64,000 nucleotides of DNA from a virus (lineage: Duplodnaviria > Caudoviricetes), in IMG/VR virus record IMGVR_UViG_3300025133_000020. One strand, 5' to 3'. The notes beneath the pieces were generated by a model. It saw nothing but the letters and a program-made list of their open reading frames with translations, was not told where the DNA came from and ran no database searches. Of this stretch, positions 1 to 10,803 are shown one piece after another. The first letter of the stretch is position 1; each line of letters opens with the position of its first letter. Both the position numbers and the translations under genes were made by a program.

Positions 1-1
1 C

Positions 2-454
2 CCATATGATGACACTATAAAATGGTTATACATAGAAGGTAGCTCAATGTTAGAGGTGTCAAAACTACTTAAAATACCATACACCACCATTAATACTAGA
101 TTACATAAGTTTGGTTTGGTTAGAACTGATGATAGATTTAGGATTGGTATGGATTACGATACTTATTTGGAAAATCTACCAGCTTATGATAAATATCGTA
201 GTGATGTTAATAAGGTAACGAATGAGCAACCTATAGAGATATTAGATAATTGTGGTAAGCGTGGGTTATGCGGTGTGGATGGTGCATACCAATTAGACCA
301 TAAGTTTTCTATCTTAGAAGGCTTTAAACAAGGTGTCGAACCAGAAGTTATTGGTAATATAGCTAATTTGGAGTTTATACCTTGGGAAGATAATCTTAGT
401 AAGGGTGGCGACTGTTCCATCACTTTAGAAGAATTGAGAGTTAAAACCAATTAA
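2..454 (+). CDS. HNH homing endonuclease (5' partial; frame open to window start)
   Basis: YQLDHKFSI...NLEFIPWEDNLSK HNH-like motif; paralog of 9222..9878. Confidence 0.75.
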   Translation, partial: PYDDTIKWLYIEGSSMLEVSKLLKIPYTTINTRLHKFGLVRTDDRFRIGMDYDTYLENLPAYDKYRSDVNKVTNEQPIEILDNCGKRGLCGVDGAYQLDHKFSILEGFKQGVEPEVIGNIANLEFIPWEDNLSKGGDCSITLEELRVKTN

Positions 455-504
455 TAGTTGATTTAACGGAGCTTTAAATTATATTGATACAAAACTAATA
501 AACT

Positions 505-885
505 ATGGGATGTGGATGTAAAGGAGATAACAACTTCGAAATACCAGGAGCTAAAGAGGCTCATGAACCTAAAATAGGTTTAGACGTTAACACTATTGTT
601 AAATGGGTGGTGTTCATTATTGTAACAATATTATCACCGATACTCGCCCCACCTATTCTGATTTGGGCACTATACAAAGGCGTTATCCAGAATGAAAGGT
701 TGGATGCGATTCTAATGTTCAGGGCTATAGCTAGAGCAGCCAACGATATTTTGGAAGAAGAAGATGATTCGTTAGATGACGATGAAATTGATAGATTGGA
801 TGAATTAGAGGTGGTAGAAATGGACGCTGACATCATGGATTTAATTAGAACGGCTCCAGTAGAAGAGTTACATAAGAATGGGTAA
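505..885 (+). CDS. hypothetical membrane protein with MGCGCK N-terminus
   Basis: ORF with hydrophobic segment and acidic tail; overlaps start of next gene. Confidence 0.7.
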   Translation: MGCGCKGDNNFEIPGAKEAHEPKIGLDVNTIVKWVVFIIVTILSPILAPPILIWALYKGVIQNERLDAILMFRAIARAANDILEEEDDSLDDDEIDRLDELEVVEMDADIMDLIRTAPVEELHKNG

Positions 886-3800
886 AAGTATAAGGATACG
901 TACAACACCAAACGGTGATGATAAGTTTCTCAAAATCAATCTGGAACAGGATTTTGATTTTGTGGAGATATTGTCGTTGAAACTAACTCAGAAAGAGCTT
1001 TATACTAAGTTCTGTGCTGATTATGGTGCTATTGTGGGTAGAGTTACAGTTAATAACGGTTTCGGGGTACCTAACGCTAAAGTAAGTGTGTTTGTACCAG
1101 TATCAGAAGCTGATGCTATGAATCCAGAGATTTACGGAGAGTACCCTTACGAGACCATCAGTGACCTTGATAGCGATGGGGTAAGGTATAACCTACTTTC
1201 AGCCAATAACGACACTAACAACGAATGTTTCACACCAGTGGGGTCATTTCCGAACAAGAGAGGGTTCTTGGATGATGATGACCTATTGGATGTTTATTGT
1301 GAATACTATAAATACACCACCACCACAAACGATGCTGGTGATTATATGATTTTTGGGGTACCTACGGGTGCCCAAGTAATGTATGCTGAAGCTGATATGT
1401 CTGATATAGGTGTCATCAGCCAACATCCTTACGACTATATACGAATTGGTTCCTCACAAGAGAACTTTGACTCAACAACTAAGTTCAGAAAGGAAGATAA
1501 TCTGGACGCAATGAATCACATTTTAAACCGAAGCCCAATAGGGGTGGACGTTCAACCATTCTGGGGTGATGAGGGCAACTGTAATGTAATGATTACCAGA
1601 AGGGATATCGACATGAAAGTTAGGGTGATACCTCACGCTATATTCATCGGTTCCATATTCGGAGATAACGAAGAAAGCTCAATCAACTTTAAGTGTAACC
1701 CAAGGAAATCTTTGGGTGTCTTGGATGGTCAAGCTGCTGGTACTGGTAAGATTGAAATGATTCGACAAACCATTAATGGTGGCATCGAACGATTTGATGT
1801 TAAAGGTGGTCAATTAATCGATAAGGATGGTACATGGGCTTATCAAGTGCCTATGAATATGGACTATAGGGTTACCGATGAATATGGTAACTTAGTTCCA
1901 ACAGATGACCCGAATAAGGGTATCCCTACTTCAGCTAACGTTAGATTCCGAATAGGTATGGACGTTACTGGTGGTGAAGGTAGTTTAAGGAATAGGGCTA
2001 AGTATTTGGTACCACACAACCCAGAGGTGGTTAGTGACGTAGACTTTGAGTTTGGAAGTAATACCAGTCTTAATAGTTTCACTAAGTTAAGGTGGAATAC
2101 CATCTACACGGTTAAGAATCATATCAGGAGATATGAACGTACAGACTCACCATCCAATGCCCACATAAGGAATTTCGTGGGTGTTAAGGACGTTGATAGC
2201 GCCAGAGGTAAGTATACACCATTCCCATTCAATAGATTAGAGATAGCCAAAGATGCGCTATTTAACTTCATTTGTGCTCTGGTGATAGCATTATCGGTTA
2301 TTGTGGCTACCATTAATGGTACCATTGTGTGGATTATTAACAAAATTATTGGTATTATCAATGATATTATAGAGTTCTTCGGTGGGGACGGTTTAGCCTA
2401 TATAAAATGTATCACATTGGAGTGTAATCAACACCTATACGCTCCTGGATGTCTACAATCCCACGAAGGTTGTGGCGTATTACCTTTAGGTTCGATATGT
2501 GTTGGTTCCACACAGTATAATAGTTGTTTTCAGACTGACGTGTGGTGTGATGCTGGTTATACGCATTGTGTTGCTATAGGTTTGATAGAGAGCCTTAACT
2601 TACTGAAGTTCGACTTCTATAATGATTGGGTTAATGGTACGTTATATGCCCCATTATTCAAGTATGAAACAAAGAAAGAGGGTGAGGGACCTGATAGATT
2701 TTGTGAACGAACTTGTGGTGGTGGCGGTGTAAACAATGGTGACCCTACAGACCCTAACGGATTTGATAACGATTGTTATAAGGATACTTACATAATCGAT
2801 ACCTGTATTCCAGTTAATTCATGTAGTGTATATACTGCTGGTTCTAATAGAACTAATGAAGGTTTGATAGAGAAGAATGGTGATACCCTATATTACTCAC
2901 CATTCAGTAGGAATTTGGCGGTTAAGTTCTTTGCTACGGATATAGTGAGTCTAGGTTCCAGCGTTAAATGTCATTATGATGGTACACCATTCGTTCAAGA
3001 CCTTTGGATTGATACCACATACAATATGCCACCATTATTACCAGAATACGTGGTTACTGGTACCACACAACAAGATGATTTACAGCTTGTTGTCAGTGGT
3101 ATGGATAGTGAGTCTGCTAATATGGGTAATTCATTATTCATCGATGTTAATTGTGTTAATATTCAAGCACGTTCTCAACAATGCGGTAATATTAGGCGAC
3201 AATGTGAATTAGGGGTTGGTTTAGATGATTACTTAGTGAATAATCAAGGTGAGTGGATAGCAGACCCTAATTCCGAAATAAATAACGAGGATATCGATGT
3301 GCTATTCTCTAGAAACATCTTTGCTTGGTTGAATAACGAAGACTTAAGATTATTACACCCAGACCCTACTGACCCTACCTTCTCATGTACATATGATTCA
3401 TTCCCTAATTGTGGTGCTATTATAGGTAGTGATGATTATAACATATTCAGATATCATAATGCCAACCAAGGTATAACCACTAATATCACACCAAAGAATG
3501 ATGACTCATTTTACTTCTATTTCGGGTTAAATGCGGCATCTACAGCTATTAGTAAACTACGTGATAGATACTTTGCACCATGCCCAGTAATTTCAAGCCC
3601 TAACTTTACCGTAATTGGTAATGTTCAGGATAATACTAACGTATCATCACCTGGAAACGGTTCTATTGATGTCACGGTTATTGGTGGTCAAGGACCTTAC
3701 AATTATTTTTGGAGTTATCCAGATGGTACCACCCCTTCGATATTAGGTGAGAATAATGAGAATGGTGATATAGAAGACTTGGAAGGTGGTGTGTATACAC

Positions 3801-4696
3801 TTACCGTAGTTGATGCTGGTGGTGTTAGTACGACAACTACATTCATAGTAAATGACCCACAACAATTAACGTGTAACGCCTCTGGTGTGAATTTAAGTCT
3901 TGACCCTAACACTGGTCTTTTACTTACTGACGGACAACTTAATCTATTGGTGCAAGGTGGTACACTAGATTATGATTTTGTTTGGACTTGTACTAACCCA
4001 GCAGGTGATGGTAATATGACTTCACAAACAGGTTATGAAACAATTTCTAACTTACCTGCTGGTGTGTATACATTTACCGTAACTGATGGTGCTAACCCAC
4101 CTAATACGTGTACTTCCACTGTAGAATTATTGGAGCCACAACCGTTCACTGCCACAACACAAACTGGGGATACTTTATGTCCTCAGATAGCTAATGGTTT
4201 TATAAATATTTTCCCTGAAGGTGGAATACAACCATACTCATATTGGGTTGAAGCGCTACCTCCAGGAATGGAATTACCTGATGGTTCTTATGTAGGGTAT
4301 TCTGCTAATACGTTTACTAATACTAACTTAGGTGCTGGTACTTATGAAGTGACCGTGACGGATTCTAATAGTACACCTGTATCAATAACGCAAAACATCA
4401 CTATTGAATACGGTACTGCCCCAATAATGGATTGGGAATACGATAATGCTGACCCTGCGTCCGATATTATCACCATTACGGTGATAGACCCTGACCCACA
4501 CCCAGCTAACCCTGCGTATCCACCAACATTACCAGAATACTTAGACCTTACGTTTACATTCTACGTGGATGGTGATATTTACACCAATGAGATTTCACCG
4601 TTTACGATTACTCTACCTGAAGGTGACCATGATATTAGATTCTCATATCAAGGGTGTGTTAGTGAGACTGAGACTGTTACTATACAAGAACAGTAA
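878..4696 (+). CDS. large virion structural protein with C-terminal SprB-like repeats
   Basis: 1272 aa; GSIDVTVIGGQGPYNYFWS / GGTLDYDFVW / GGIQPYSYW repeats; Cys-rich middle; structural operon context. Confidence 0.7.
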   Translation: MGKSIRIRTTPNGDDKFLKINLEQDFDFVEILSLKLTQKELYTKFCADYGAIVGRVTVNNGFGVPNAKVSVFVPVSEADAMNPEIYGEYPYETISDLDSDGVRYNLLSANNDTNNECFTPVGSFPNKRGFLDDDDLLDVYCEYYKYTTTTNDAGDYMIFGVPTGAQVMYAEADMSDIGVISQHPYDYIRIGSSQENFDSTTKFRKEDNLDAMNHILNRSPIGVDVQPFWGDEGNCNVMITRRDIDMKVRVIPHAIFIGSIFGDNEESSINFKCNPRKSLGVLDGQAAGTGKIEMIRQTINGGIERFDVKGGQLIDKDGTWAYQVPMNMDYRVTDEYGNLVPTDDPNKGIPTSANVRFRIGMDVTGGEGSLRNRAKYLVPHNPEVVSDVDFEFGSNTSLNSFTKLRWNTIYTVKNHIRRYERTDSPSNAHIRNFVGVKDVDSARGKYTPFPFNRLEIAKDALFNFICALVIALSVIVATINGTIVWIINKIIGIINDIIEFFGGDGLAYIKCITLECNQHLYAPGCLQSHEGCGVLPLGSICVGSTQYNSCFQTDVWCDAGYTHCVAIGLIESLNLLKFDFYNDWVNGTLYAPLFKYETKKEGEGPDRFCERTCGGGGVNNGDPTDPNGFDNDCYKDTYIIDTCIPVNSCSVYTAGSNRTNEGLIEKNGDTLYYSPFSRNLAVKFFATDIVSLGSSVKCHYDGTPFVQDLWIDTTYNMPPLLPEYVVTGTTQQDDLQLVVSGMDSESANMGNSLFIDVNCVNIQARSQQCGNIRRQCELGVGLDDYLVNNQGEWIADPNSEINNEDIDVLFSRNIFAWLNNEDLRLLHPDPTDPTFSCTYDSFPNCGAIIGSDDYNIFRYHNANQGITTNITPKNDDSFYFYFGLNAASTAISKLRDRYFAPCPVISSPNFTVIGNVQDNTNVSSPGNGSIDVTVIGGQGPYNYFWSYPDGTTPSILGENNENGDIEDLEGGVYTLTVVDAGGVSTTTTFIVNDPQQLTCNASGVNLSLDPNTGLLLTDGQLNLLVQGGTLDYDFVWTCTNPAGDGNMTSQTGYETISNLPAGVYTFTVTDGANPPNTCTSTVELLEPQPFTATTQTGDTLCPQIANGFINIFPEGGIQPYSYWVEALPPGMELPDGSYVGYSANTFTNTNLGAGTYEVTVTDSNSTPVSITQNITIEYGTAPIMDWEYDNADPASDIITITVIDPDPHPANPAYPPTLPEYLDLTFTFYVDGDIYTNEISPFTITLPEGDHDIRFSYQGCVSETETVTIQEQ

Positions 4697-4747
4697 AATT
4701 TACTTTAGTCCTTTAAAAATTCGGCTCATACCTTATATTTAAGTAAT

Positions 4748-6574
4748 ATGGGTATGAACAGAATTAAATACAGGTTACGTAGTACTGAATCCCAGACTAG
4801 CGTTAACACCGATACATTCGTTAATATAGAATTAAAAGGTAATGAGAGATTATTACCTTACAACGATATTAATAGAGTGGTAGATGCTGGTGAAGTGTTC
4901 AATAATGAGCGCCAATCATGTACAAAATATCGAATTATAGGTACGATTAAACCCATCATCAGTAATGTGTTATTCAATATATCAGGACCTGATAGTTGGG
5001 TTACATTAACCCAACCTCAATTTCTTGATGACCCATATGATAATCCAGATACTGGTATAGGTTCTATAACGTGGGAACAATCATACAACACCAATCTTAG
5101 TGAAAGAGATGGATGGTTCGGATATTACGACCCTAATTTCGTGGCTTCAGGTGCTTGTGAGTTCACAGATATGAACCCTAAGAGAGAGAAGTTCTCATTC
5201 AAACCAGATGTAAATACTGGGACTAAGAGGTGGGAATTAACGGTGACATATCCATGGTCAGCCAATACGACACACTCATTGATTTACGATTCAATAAATG
5301 GTATATCAGGGTTGCGAATTGTTGGTATAGACACTGTTAATGTTGGTGGTAGAGATGTAGTATTATTCTCTACACCATTGATGCATAATCTGGCTCAGGG
5401 TGATAGAGTTAGGATACGGGGTTTAACACCTACAACCTTTAATGGTGATTATAGAGTTATTAGGGTTGGTACCGATAGTGGTGACCTTAAAGATTATACT
5501 TTTTCTGTAGCTATTGATTATCATCCAGGTAACCTGAACCCTATTCCACCTATTCCACCTATACTACCAGTGAATTCGGCATTGGATATAACAACAGCTA
5601 GAATGAATAGATTAATAGGTGGTCAGGAATCTGAATACTATTTCAGGCTTTTCAAGAAGGTTAGTACAGTGAACACTAATATTAATAATGGTATTTTAGA
5701 AGATGATGATTATGAGATATATCCAGCAGCATTTGCTTCAACTGTTTATAGAGATGAGGTGTGTCAATTCGCTGTAAATGAGGATATTGAAACTAAAGAC
5801 CTTGTAGATAATCTAGGTAGACCATTAAGTGAATTATACCTTACTACTATTAAAACATCGGAAAGTGAGTTCACAACCATTCAAGCTGGATTGGAGATAG
5901 GTCTTGTTCATGGTCATGACGAAGCCTCAATACCAGATATTAGAAGGTTACACACGGATGTAGGTGCTTTAAATGTTAACCCACAAGAGAATCCATTTAT
6001 AAGCCCAGACCCACTTAATTCAGCCGTTACAATCCACCAAGATTGGTTCTGGGGTGATGCGGTGGATTATAATAGGTTTGAGCTTATAGAGTATACCCTA
6101 GGTAGAGTTGGACATAGATTCAATACACTAAATAGGACTTTCCCTACAAACCCACAAATTAATAATATGCCTAAAGGACCCAGATTGGAAGGGTATTTCT
6201 ATTACCCCCACCACTTGATGAAGATAAGAGATTTCTCTAACTATGTTGAGCAAGGTGATGTTAACACTTATGGTATTCCAGATTATGCTGAGGATTTGGA
6301 TGATGGTAGATGGTTATGGAGAGATTTGTTGGATATAGGGTTAAATGATGGTCAATATAAGACCTTGGATTACCCATTCTTAAATGGTTCTCATTATCTA
6401 TACCATAATTTCTGTGTACCAGTTAGAAGGCAAGACCCATATGGTCAATACGACTTACTGTATACGTATAAGAAAGATATTAACGGTAACCAAATAACGT
6501 TCCCACCATATGATATTGTAGGGATTGGCACATCCGATAGATTTAAAGTTAAAGCCGAAGACGATGCCTGTTAA
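4748..6574 (+). CDS. putative virion structural protein
   Basis: 608 aa in tightly coupled structural operon; upstream ATATTTAAG motif. Confidence 0.65.
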   Translation: MGMNRIKYRLRSTESQTSVNTDTFVNIELKGNERLLPYNDINRVVDAGEVFNNERQSCTKYRIIGTIKPIISNVLFNISGPDSWVTLTQPQFLDDPYDNPDTGIGSITWEQSYNTNLSERDGWFGYYDPNFVASGACEFTDMNPKREKFSFKPDVNTGTKRWELTVTYPWSANTTHSLIYDSINGISGLRIVGIDTVNVGGRDVVLFSTPLMHNLAQGDRVRIRGLTPTTFNGDYRVIRVGTDSGDLKDYTFSVAIDYHPGNLNPIPPIPPILPVNSALDITTARMNRLIGGQESEYYFRLFKKVSTVNTNINNGILEDDDYEIYPAAFASTVYRDEVCQFAVNEDIETKDLVDNLGRPLSELYLTTIKTSESEFTTIQAGLEIGLVHGHDEASIPDIRRLHTDVGALNVNPQENPFISPDPLNSAVTIHQDWFWGDAVDYNRFELIEYTLGRVGHRFNTLNRTFPTNPQINNMPKGPRLEGYFYYPHHLMKIRDFSNYVEQGDVNTYGIPDYAEDLDDGRWLWRDLLDIGLNDGQYKTLDYPFLNGSHYLYHNFCVPVRRQDPYGQYDLLYTYKKDINGNQITFPPYDIVGIGTSDRFKVKAEDDAC

Positions 6575-7388
6575 TAGATATACATTTAGGGTTCCGACTG
6601 CTACCGCGACTGCTACCACGATAAACATTCCAATAGATATGGACTTCCAATTGGTTGACCAAGGGGAAACTATTGAACGACAGTTTGTTGACGTTGAGAC
6701 GGAGAAAGCTATTAATCCTATTACCGATTATGAGAAGGTTAGGTTTATACCCAGAAATGGTGTAACTGATGCTAGAATAGTTTCTTATGATGTTAATTTC
6801 TGGGATGGGATAAGCAATTATTATAATACGCCTAACTCTACCATGTATGCTGATATTGGGTTTATTGATGATGATTTGAGGTTTAGGAAGAATAACCTAA
6901 TTAAGTCTGTATTGAGTTTGGAATTTTATGATTCGCCTATTGTGACTGACCAGAATTTGATATCGGTTATATTCATTAATCCAGACATACGATTGGCTGA
7001 CATTAATATCAATAGTCAGGTAACACCAGCATCAAGTAAGGCAGTACTATTTTCATTGGGTAACCCATTGAATTATAATGAGGTGTTTGGTGAGGGTTTC
7101 TTCATATATCACTATAAGGATGAGGTGGATTTCACACTACCTAAAGATTTATATATGAGAGCGTCATTCAAGAACGCTAAAACAGGTAAACGTACCAATA
7201 TGATGACGGAACCATTCGATATTAATAACCAGATACAGATTGACGGGTTACAAGGCGTTCTACATACCAAATATACATTGGTCAGAACACAAACAGGATA
7301 TTACTATGAGTTGGATACAGCGCAAAGTAATGTGGAGTTCGTTGGTGACGCATACAAGATAAAACTGTACGAAATTATGGTAGCATAA
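6564..7388 (+). CDS. putative virion structural protein
   Basis: ATG at 6564 (MPVNRY) overlapping the upstream stop. Confidence 0.65.
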   Translation: MPVNRYTFRVPTATATATTINIPIDMDFQLVDQGETIERQFVDVETEKAINPITDYEKVRFIPRNGVTDARIVSYDVNFWDGISNYYNTPNSTMYADIGFIDDDLRFRKNNLIKSVLSLEFYDSPIVTDQNLISVIFINPDIRLADININSQVTPASSKAVLFSLGNPLNYNEVFGEGFFIYHYKDEVDFTLPKDLYMRASFKNAKTGKRTNMMTEPFDINNQIQIDGLQGVLHTKYTLVRTQTGYYYELDTAQSNVEFVGDAYKIKLYEIMVA

Positions 7389-8455
7389 TGAGAGAGATTA
7401 AACGTAAAATATCACTTAGAGAGTTCAAAAGCTTTGAAGAAGGTATCCTATATGGGGAGTTCGTGGAACCTAATATGTACATAAAGATTGACCTTAAACA
7501 GTCGGCTGATGATATGGGTATATTCACTGATTTAGACTTTTTACCGTTTGGTGATACTTGTGGTGGTTTTGATGCTAACCTATTCATAAACGATATAACT
7601 TGCTTTGAAGGTCCGCCAAGTAGCGCACCAGCTATTGGTTCCATGTATGTGGTAGCTAATGGTGGAACGGAACCGTACACTTATCTATGGAGTACTGGGG
7701 CAGATGTTGATACTATTAGTGGTTTGAATTCTGGTACTTATAGTGTAGTAGTAACGGATATACATGGATGTCATGTGGAATTAGAAGGTACCATAGAGGT
7801 ATCTTCCAGTGCTGATGGTAGTATTACCGTGACGCTGACACAAGATGTTGGAAATATACTTCAAGATGTGGTTACCCCAGTTACAACTAACACACCAGAC
7901 CCTATAATATTATGTCCTAGTGAGACGGCTACTTTAACCGCTTTACCAGGATATCAAACATATGTTTGGGAAGATGAATTCGGTAATAACGTTGGTAACA
8001 CCCAATCGCTAGTGATAGATGGTCTGGAAGGTACCTTCCATGTTAGTGTGGAGGATGCCTATGGTTGTACTGGTGAATCTATGACGGTTACGATAGAGTA
8101 TGCCGTTGAGCCACCATTAATCATAGAACCACTTAATCTACCACCAGATGTTGTTGGTAGTGGTACATATGAAGACCCATGGATTATATGTAACCCAAAT
8201 ACTACAGAGCAACCATTGATAGAATTTGGTGTGACTGAGCCAAACTACTTTATCGGTTATAAATGGAGTGGTACTCTATATAGTGGTGGTGCAATAGCTC
8301 AACAATCAGGTACGAATTGTTCAACATCAGCCCCATGTGAAATATATGTTGAGGCTACTAGTATATGTGACCTTAACCCACCATATACCGTATTACAAAG
8401 TAATCAATTTTGGATTGCTTATTCAATAACCCCACCATGCGAAGAAGTCCTTTAA
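7388..8455 (+). CDS. putative structural protein with SprB-like repeat
   Basis: ANGGTEPYTYLWSTG...SGLNSGTYSVVVTDIHGC motif. Confidence 0.7.
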   Translation: MREIKRKISLREFKSFEEGILYGEFVEPNMYIKIDLKQSADDMGIFTDLDFLPFGDTCGGFDANLFINDITCFEGPPSSAPAIGSMYVVANGGTEPYTYLWSTGADVDTISGLNSGTYSVVVTDIHGCHVELEGTIEVSSSADGSITVTLTQDVGNILQDVVTPVTTNTPDPIILCPSETATLTALPGYQTYVWEDEFGNNVGNTQSLVIDGLEGTFHVSVEDAYGCTGESMTVTIEYAVEPPLIIEPLNLPPDVVGSGTYEDPWIICNPNTTEQPLIEFGVTEPNYFIGYKWSGTLYSGGAIAQQSGTNCSTSAPCEIYVEATSICDLNPPYTVLQSNQFWIAYSITPPCEEVL

Positions 8456-8465
8456 CTGAATAATT

Positions 8466-9206
8466 ATGGCTAACGTAAATTACGACATATTAATTGATAG
8501 ACTGCAAACTAACGGTTTCTACTTTCCATTCATGAATGGTGATACACCAGCAATGCTTGCGGCTACCCCGACCAACATCAATGCGTCACCTAATACCAGA
8601 TATTCTGGTGCCACGGTAGACCAATGGTATCAGTTTGCTGGATTCGTAACAGGTTTCACCAATGATAAGTTGAATATGGTTAAGAGTTATGATGACACCG
8701 ACCCGTATATACCTTATTTGATTTTCAATGCTGAGACGTATGATAATTATTTTGGTGATACGGTATTTAGTGGTGTCACAACGCTTACCACTGAAGGTGA
8801 GCCTAATATATACGTTGTTGACGCTGAAGGTGGTGGAGCCAACGCAATAGACACACAACAAAATTTAGCTGTAATTGGTACCGTAGGTCAAACAACTGGA
8901 CTTAAGTATGATAGTTATTCGGCTGACACCTACGATATAGTAGCTTTTGACGGTACACCCACCCCACATCCAAAGACTGAAGTAAGATATGTTGGTGAGG
9001 GTTGGAATGAAACTAACGTGGATTTAAGTGCCATGACTAAAACAGAATATTTATTAGGGATAGTTTCTCCACCAGAAGTCTTTAGTGATGTATTTATAGA
9101 TAGAGGTGCTACTACTGTAATGGAAGACCACCTCAGATTGGGTGAGATAAAAGGGTTAGACGCTTTACTTGACTATGGGAATGGTTATTATAAAGTAGGA
9201 TTATAA
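8466..9206 (+). CDS. putative virion structural protein
   Basis: 246 aa; structural operon. Confidence 0.6.
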   Translation: MANVNYDILIDRLQTNGFYFPFMNGDTPAMLAATPTNINASPNTRYSGATVDQWYQFAGFVTGFTNDKLNMVKSYDDTDPYIPYLIFNAETYDNYFGDTVFSGVTTLTTEGEPNIYVVDAEGGGANAIDTQQNLAVIGTVGQTTGLKYDSYSADTYDIVAFDGTPTPHPKTEVRYVGEGWNETNVDLSAMTKTEYLLGIVSPPEVFSDVFIDRGATTVMEDHLRLGEIKGLDALLDYGNGYYKVGL

Positions 9207-9221
9207 AAGATAGAAAAAGAA

Positions 9222-9878
9222 ATGCCTAAGAAATACAACCATAACGAGGAAGAAATCTGTAAGTTATACTTGGATGGGTTTAGTTTGCAAAAGATTGCGG
9301 ATAAATTCGATGTAAGTAAGATGCCGATACGTACAATAGTGAGTAATCATGGTATCCTTAGAGGTGGTACGAGTAATGGACAGAAGATAATCCTAACCAA
9401 AGAACAGGAAACTCGGATAAAATATTTATACTTAAATGAGTATTGTAGTGGTACGGAGATAGCTTCTAAAATGGGGTTAACTGCACCATTCGTTGATAAA
9501 TATTTGAGTGGTATTGACTATAGAAGAACTAAAGGTGAGGGTGCTTCTATAGGTTTGGTGAAAAGATATAGAGGGGTTAGATATGATGTATATTTAAACT
9601 CAGTAGATGAATATAAGCGATATAAATCTGACGTGTTGAAGGTGACTAATAAACAACCTATCGAAACTTTAGATAATTATAGTAAGCGGGGTGTTAGTGG
9701 GTTAGATGGTGCATATCATTTAGACCATAAATATTCCATATTGGAAGGGTTTAAGCAAGGTATTAACCCAGACATAATTGGTAACATAATTAATTTAGAA
9801 TTCATACCATGGGAAGACAACGTAAAGAAACGGGTCACATGTAGTATTTCTAAAACAGAACTTTTAAACTTAAACTAA
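9222..9878 (+). CDS. HNH homing endonuclease with N-terminal HTH
   Basis: FSLQKIADKFDVSKMPI HTH; YHLDHKYSI...NLEFIPWEDNVKK. Confidence 0.75.
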   Translation: MPKKYNHNEEEICKLYLDGFSLQKIADKFDVSKMPIRTIVSNHGILRGGTSNGQKIILTKEQETRIKYLYLNEYCSGTEIASKMGLTAPFVDKYLSGIDYRRTKGEGASIGLVKRYRGVRYDVYLNSVDEYKRYKSDVLKVTNKQPIETLDNYSKRGVSGLDGAYHLDHKYSILEGFKQGINPDIIGNIINLEFIPWEDNVKKRVTCSISKTELLNLN

Positions 9879-9879
9879 T

Positions 9880-10803
9880 ATGGCAACTGGCGTATACGGA
9901 ATAAATAGACCAGCAGATGTGCTACCAGAGGATTGCGAAATCTGGGTTCACTACTCACCGAGTAGGAGCCAAGCAGGTAACCCTATAATAACGCAGTTAA
10001 ACCCACAACAGGTTCTCCTTCAAACGGATAACCCTAATAAGATACAGTCTAACGTGACTGGATTTGAAGTATTCGGTGGTCTATACACTTTGAAGCTACC
10101 AGTAGCTCAATTCAATACCAAAGGTATCTACACTATTGTAATCAAACCAGTTGAAATTAGAACTAGAATTGTGGATTGTGGCGTGTTGGCTGCATTTCCA
10201 GACCAAAAAGGTCTTCTATTTGATACGGCAGCAGTTTCGTCAACACATGTAAATAAATTTGAGAATAACAACCTAATCGGTTATAGAATAGAATACATCA
10301 ACACTGATACTGGTGTTGCTGATGCTAAATTGAGGAACTTCTTCAAAGTGGTAACATCAAACAACAGAGCAGAACCAGTTAACCAAAACCTTACTAATAG
10401 TAGCCAGAAAGCTATTCGTTATAACTTTAACGATAACTCTTCATTGGTATTCTGTACGGTATCACCCAGTTCAGCTTCGAATGTTAGACCTAACGTCTTA
10501 CCATTCATCGGACAACCGAACCAACAGGTAATCATTACCAACACATTCTTCAATCCACTTATGATTGAGATTGATATGGTTGAATACGATATAGAAACAT
10601 TGGCTTACGGTATCTTCGGTAACCAAAGCAAGTCACTTGAGGATGGTATCTATACTATTTACAACTTCAATAACGATATTTACAAGCAATACAACTTGTT
10701 CGAAATCAAAGACCAATTCACTGGCAAACCATTGTTTGAGGTTAGAGAAGAACGAGATAATATTGACTTTACTAAAGACTTAGATACAATCACTGACGTA
10801 TAA
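9880..10803 (+). CDS. putative baseplate/tail structural protein
   Basis: 307 aa; TAATG coupling to next gene; context only. Confidence 0.55.
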   Translation: MATGVYGINRPADVLPEDCEIWVHYSPSRSQAGNPIITQLNPQQVLLQTDNPNKIQSNVTGFEVFGGLYTLKLPVAQFNTKGIYTIVIKPVEIRTRIVDCGVLAAFPDQKGLLFDTAAVSSTHVNKFENNNLIGYRIEYINTDTGVADAKLRNFFKVVTSNNRAEPVNQNLTNSSQKAIRYNFNDNSSLVFCTVSPSSASNVRPNVLPFIGQPNQQVIITNTFFNPLMIEIDMVEYDIETLAYGIFGNQSKSLEDGIYTIYNFNNDIYKQYNLFEIKDQFTGKPLFEVREERDNIDFTKDLDTITDV

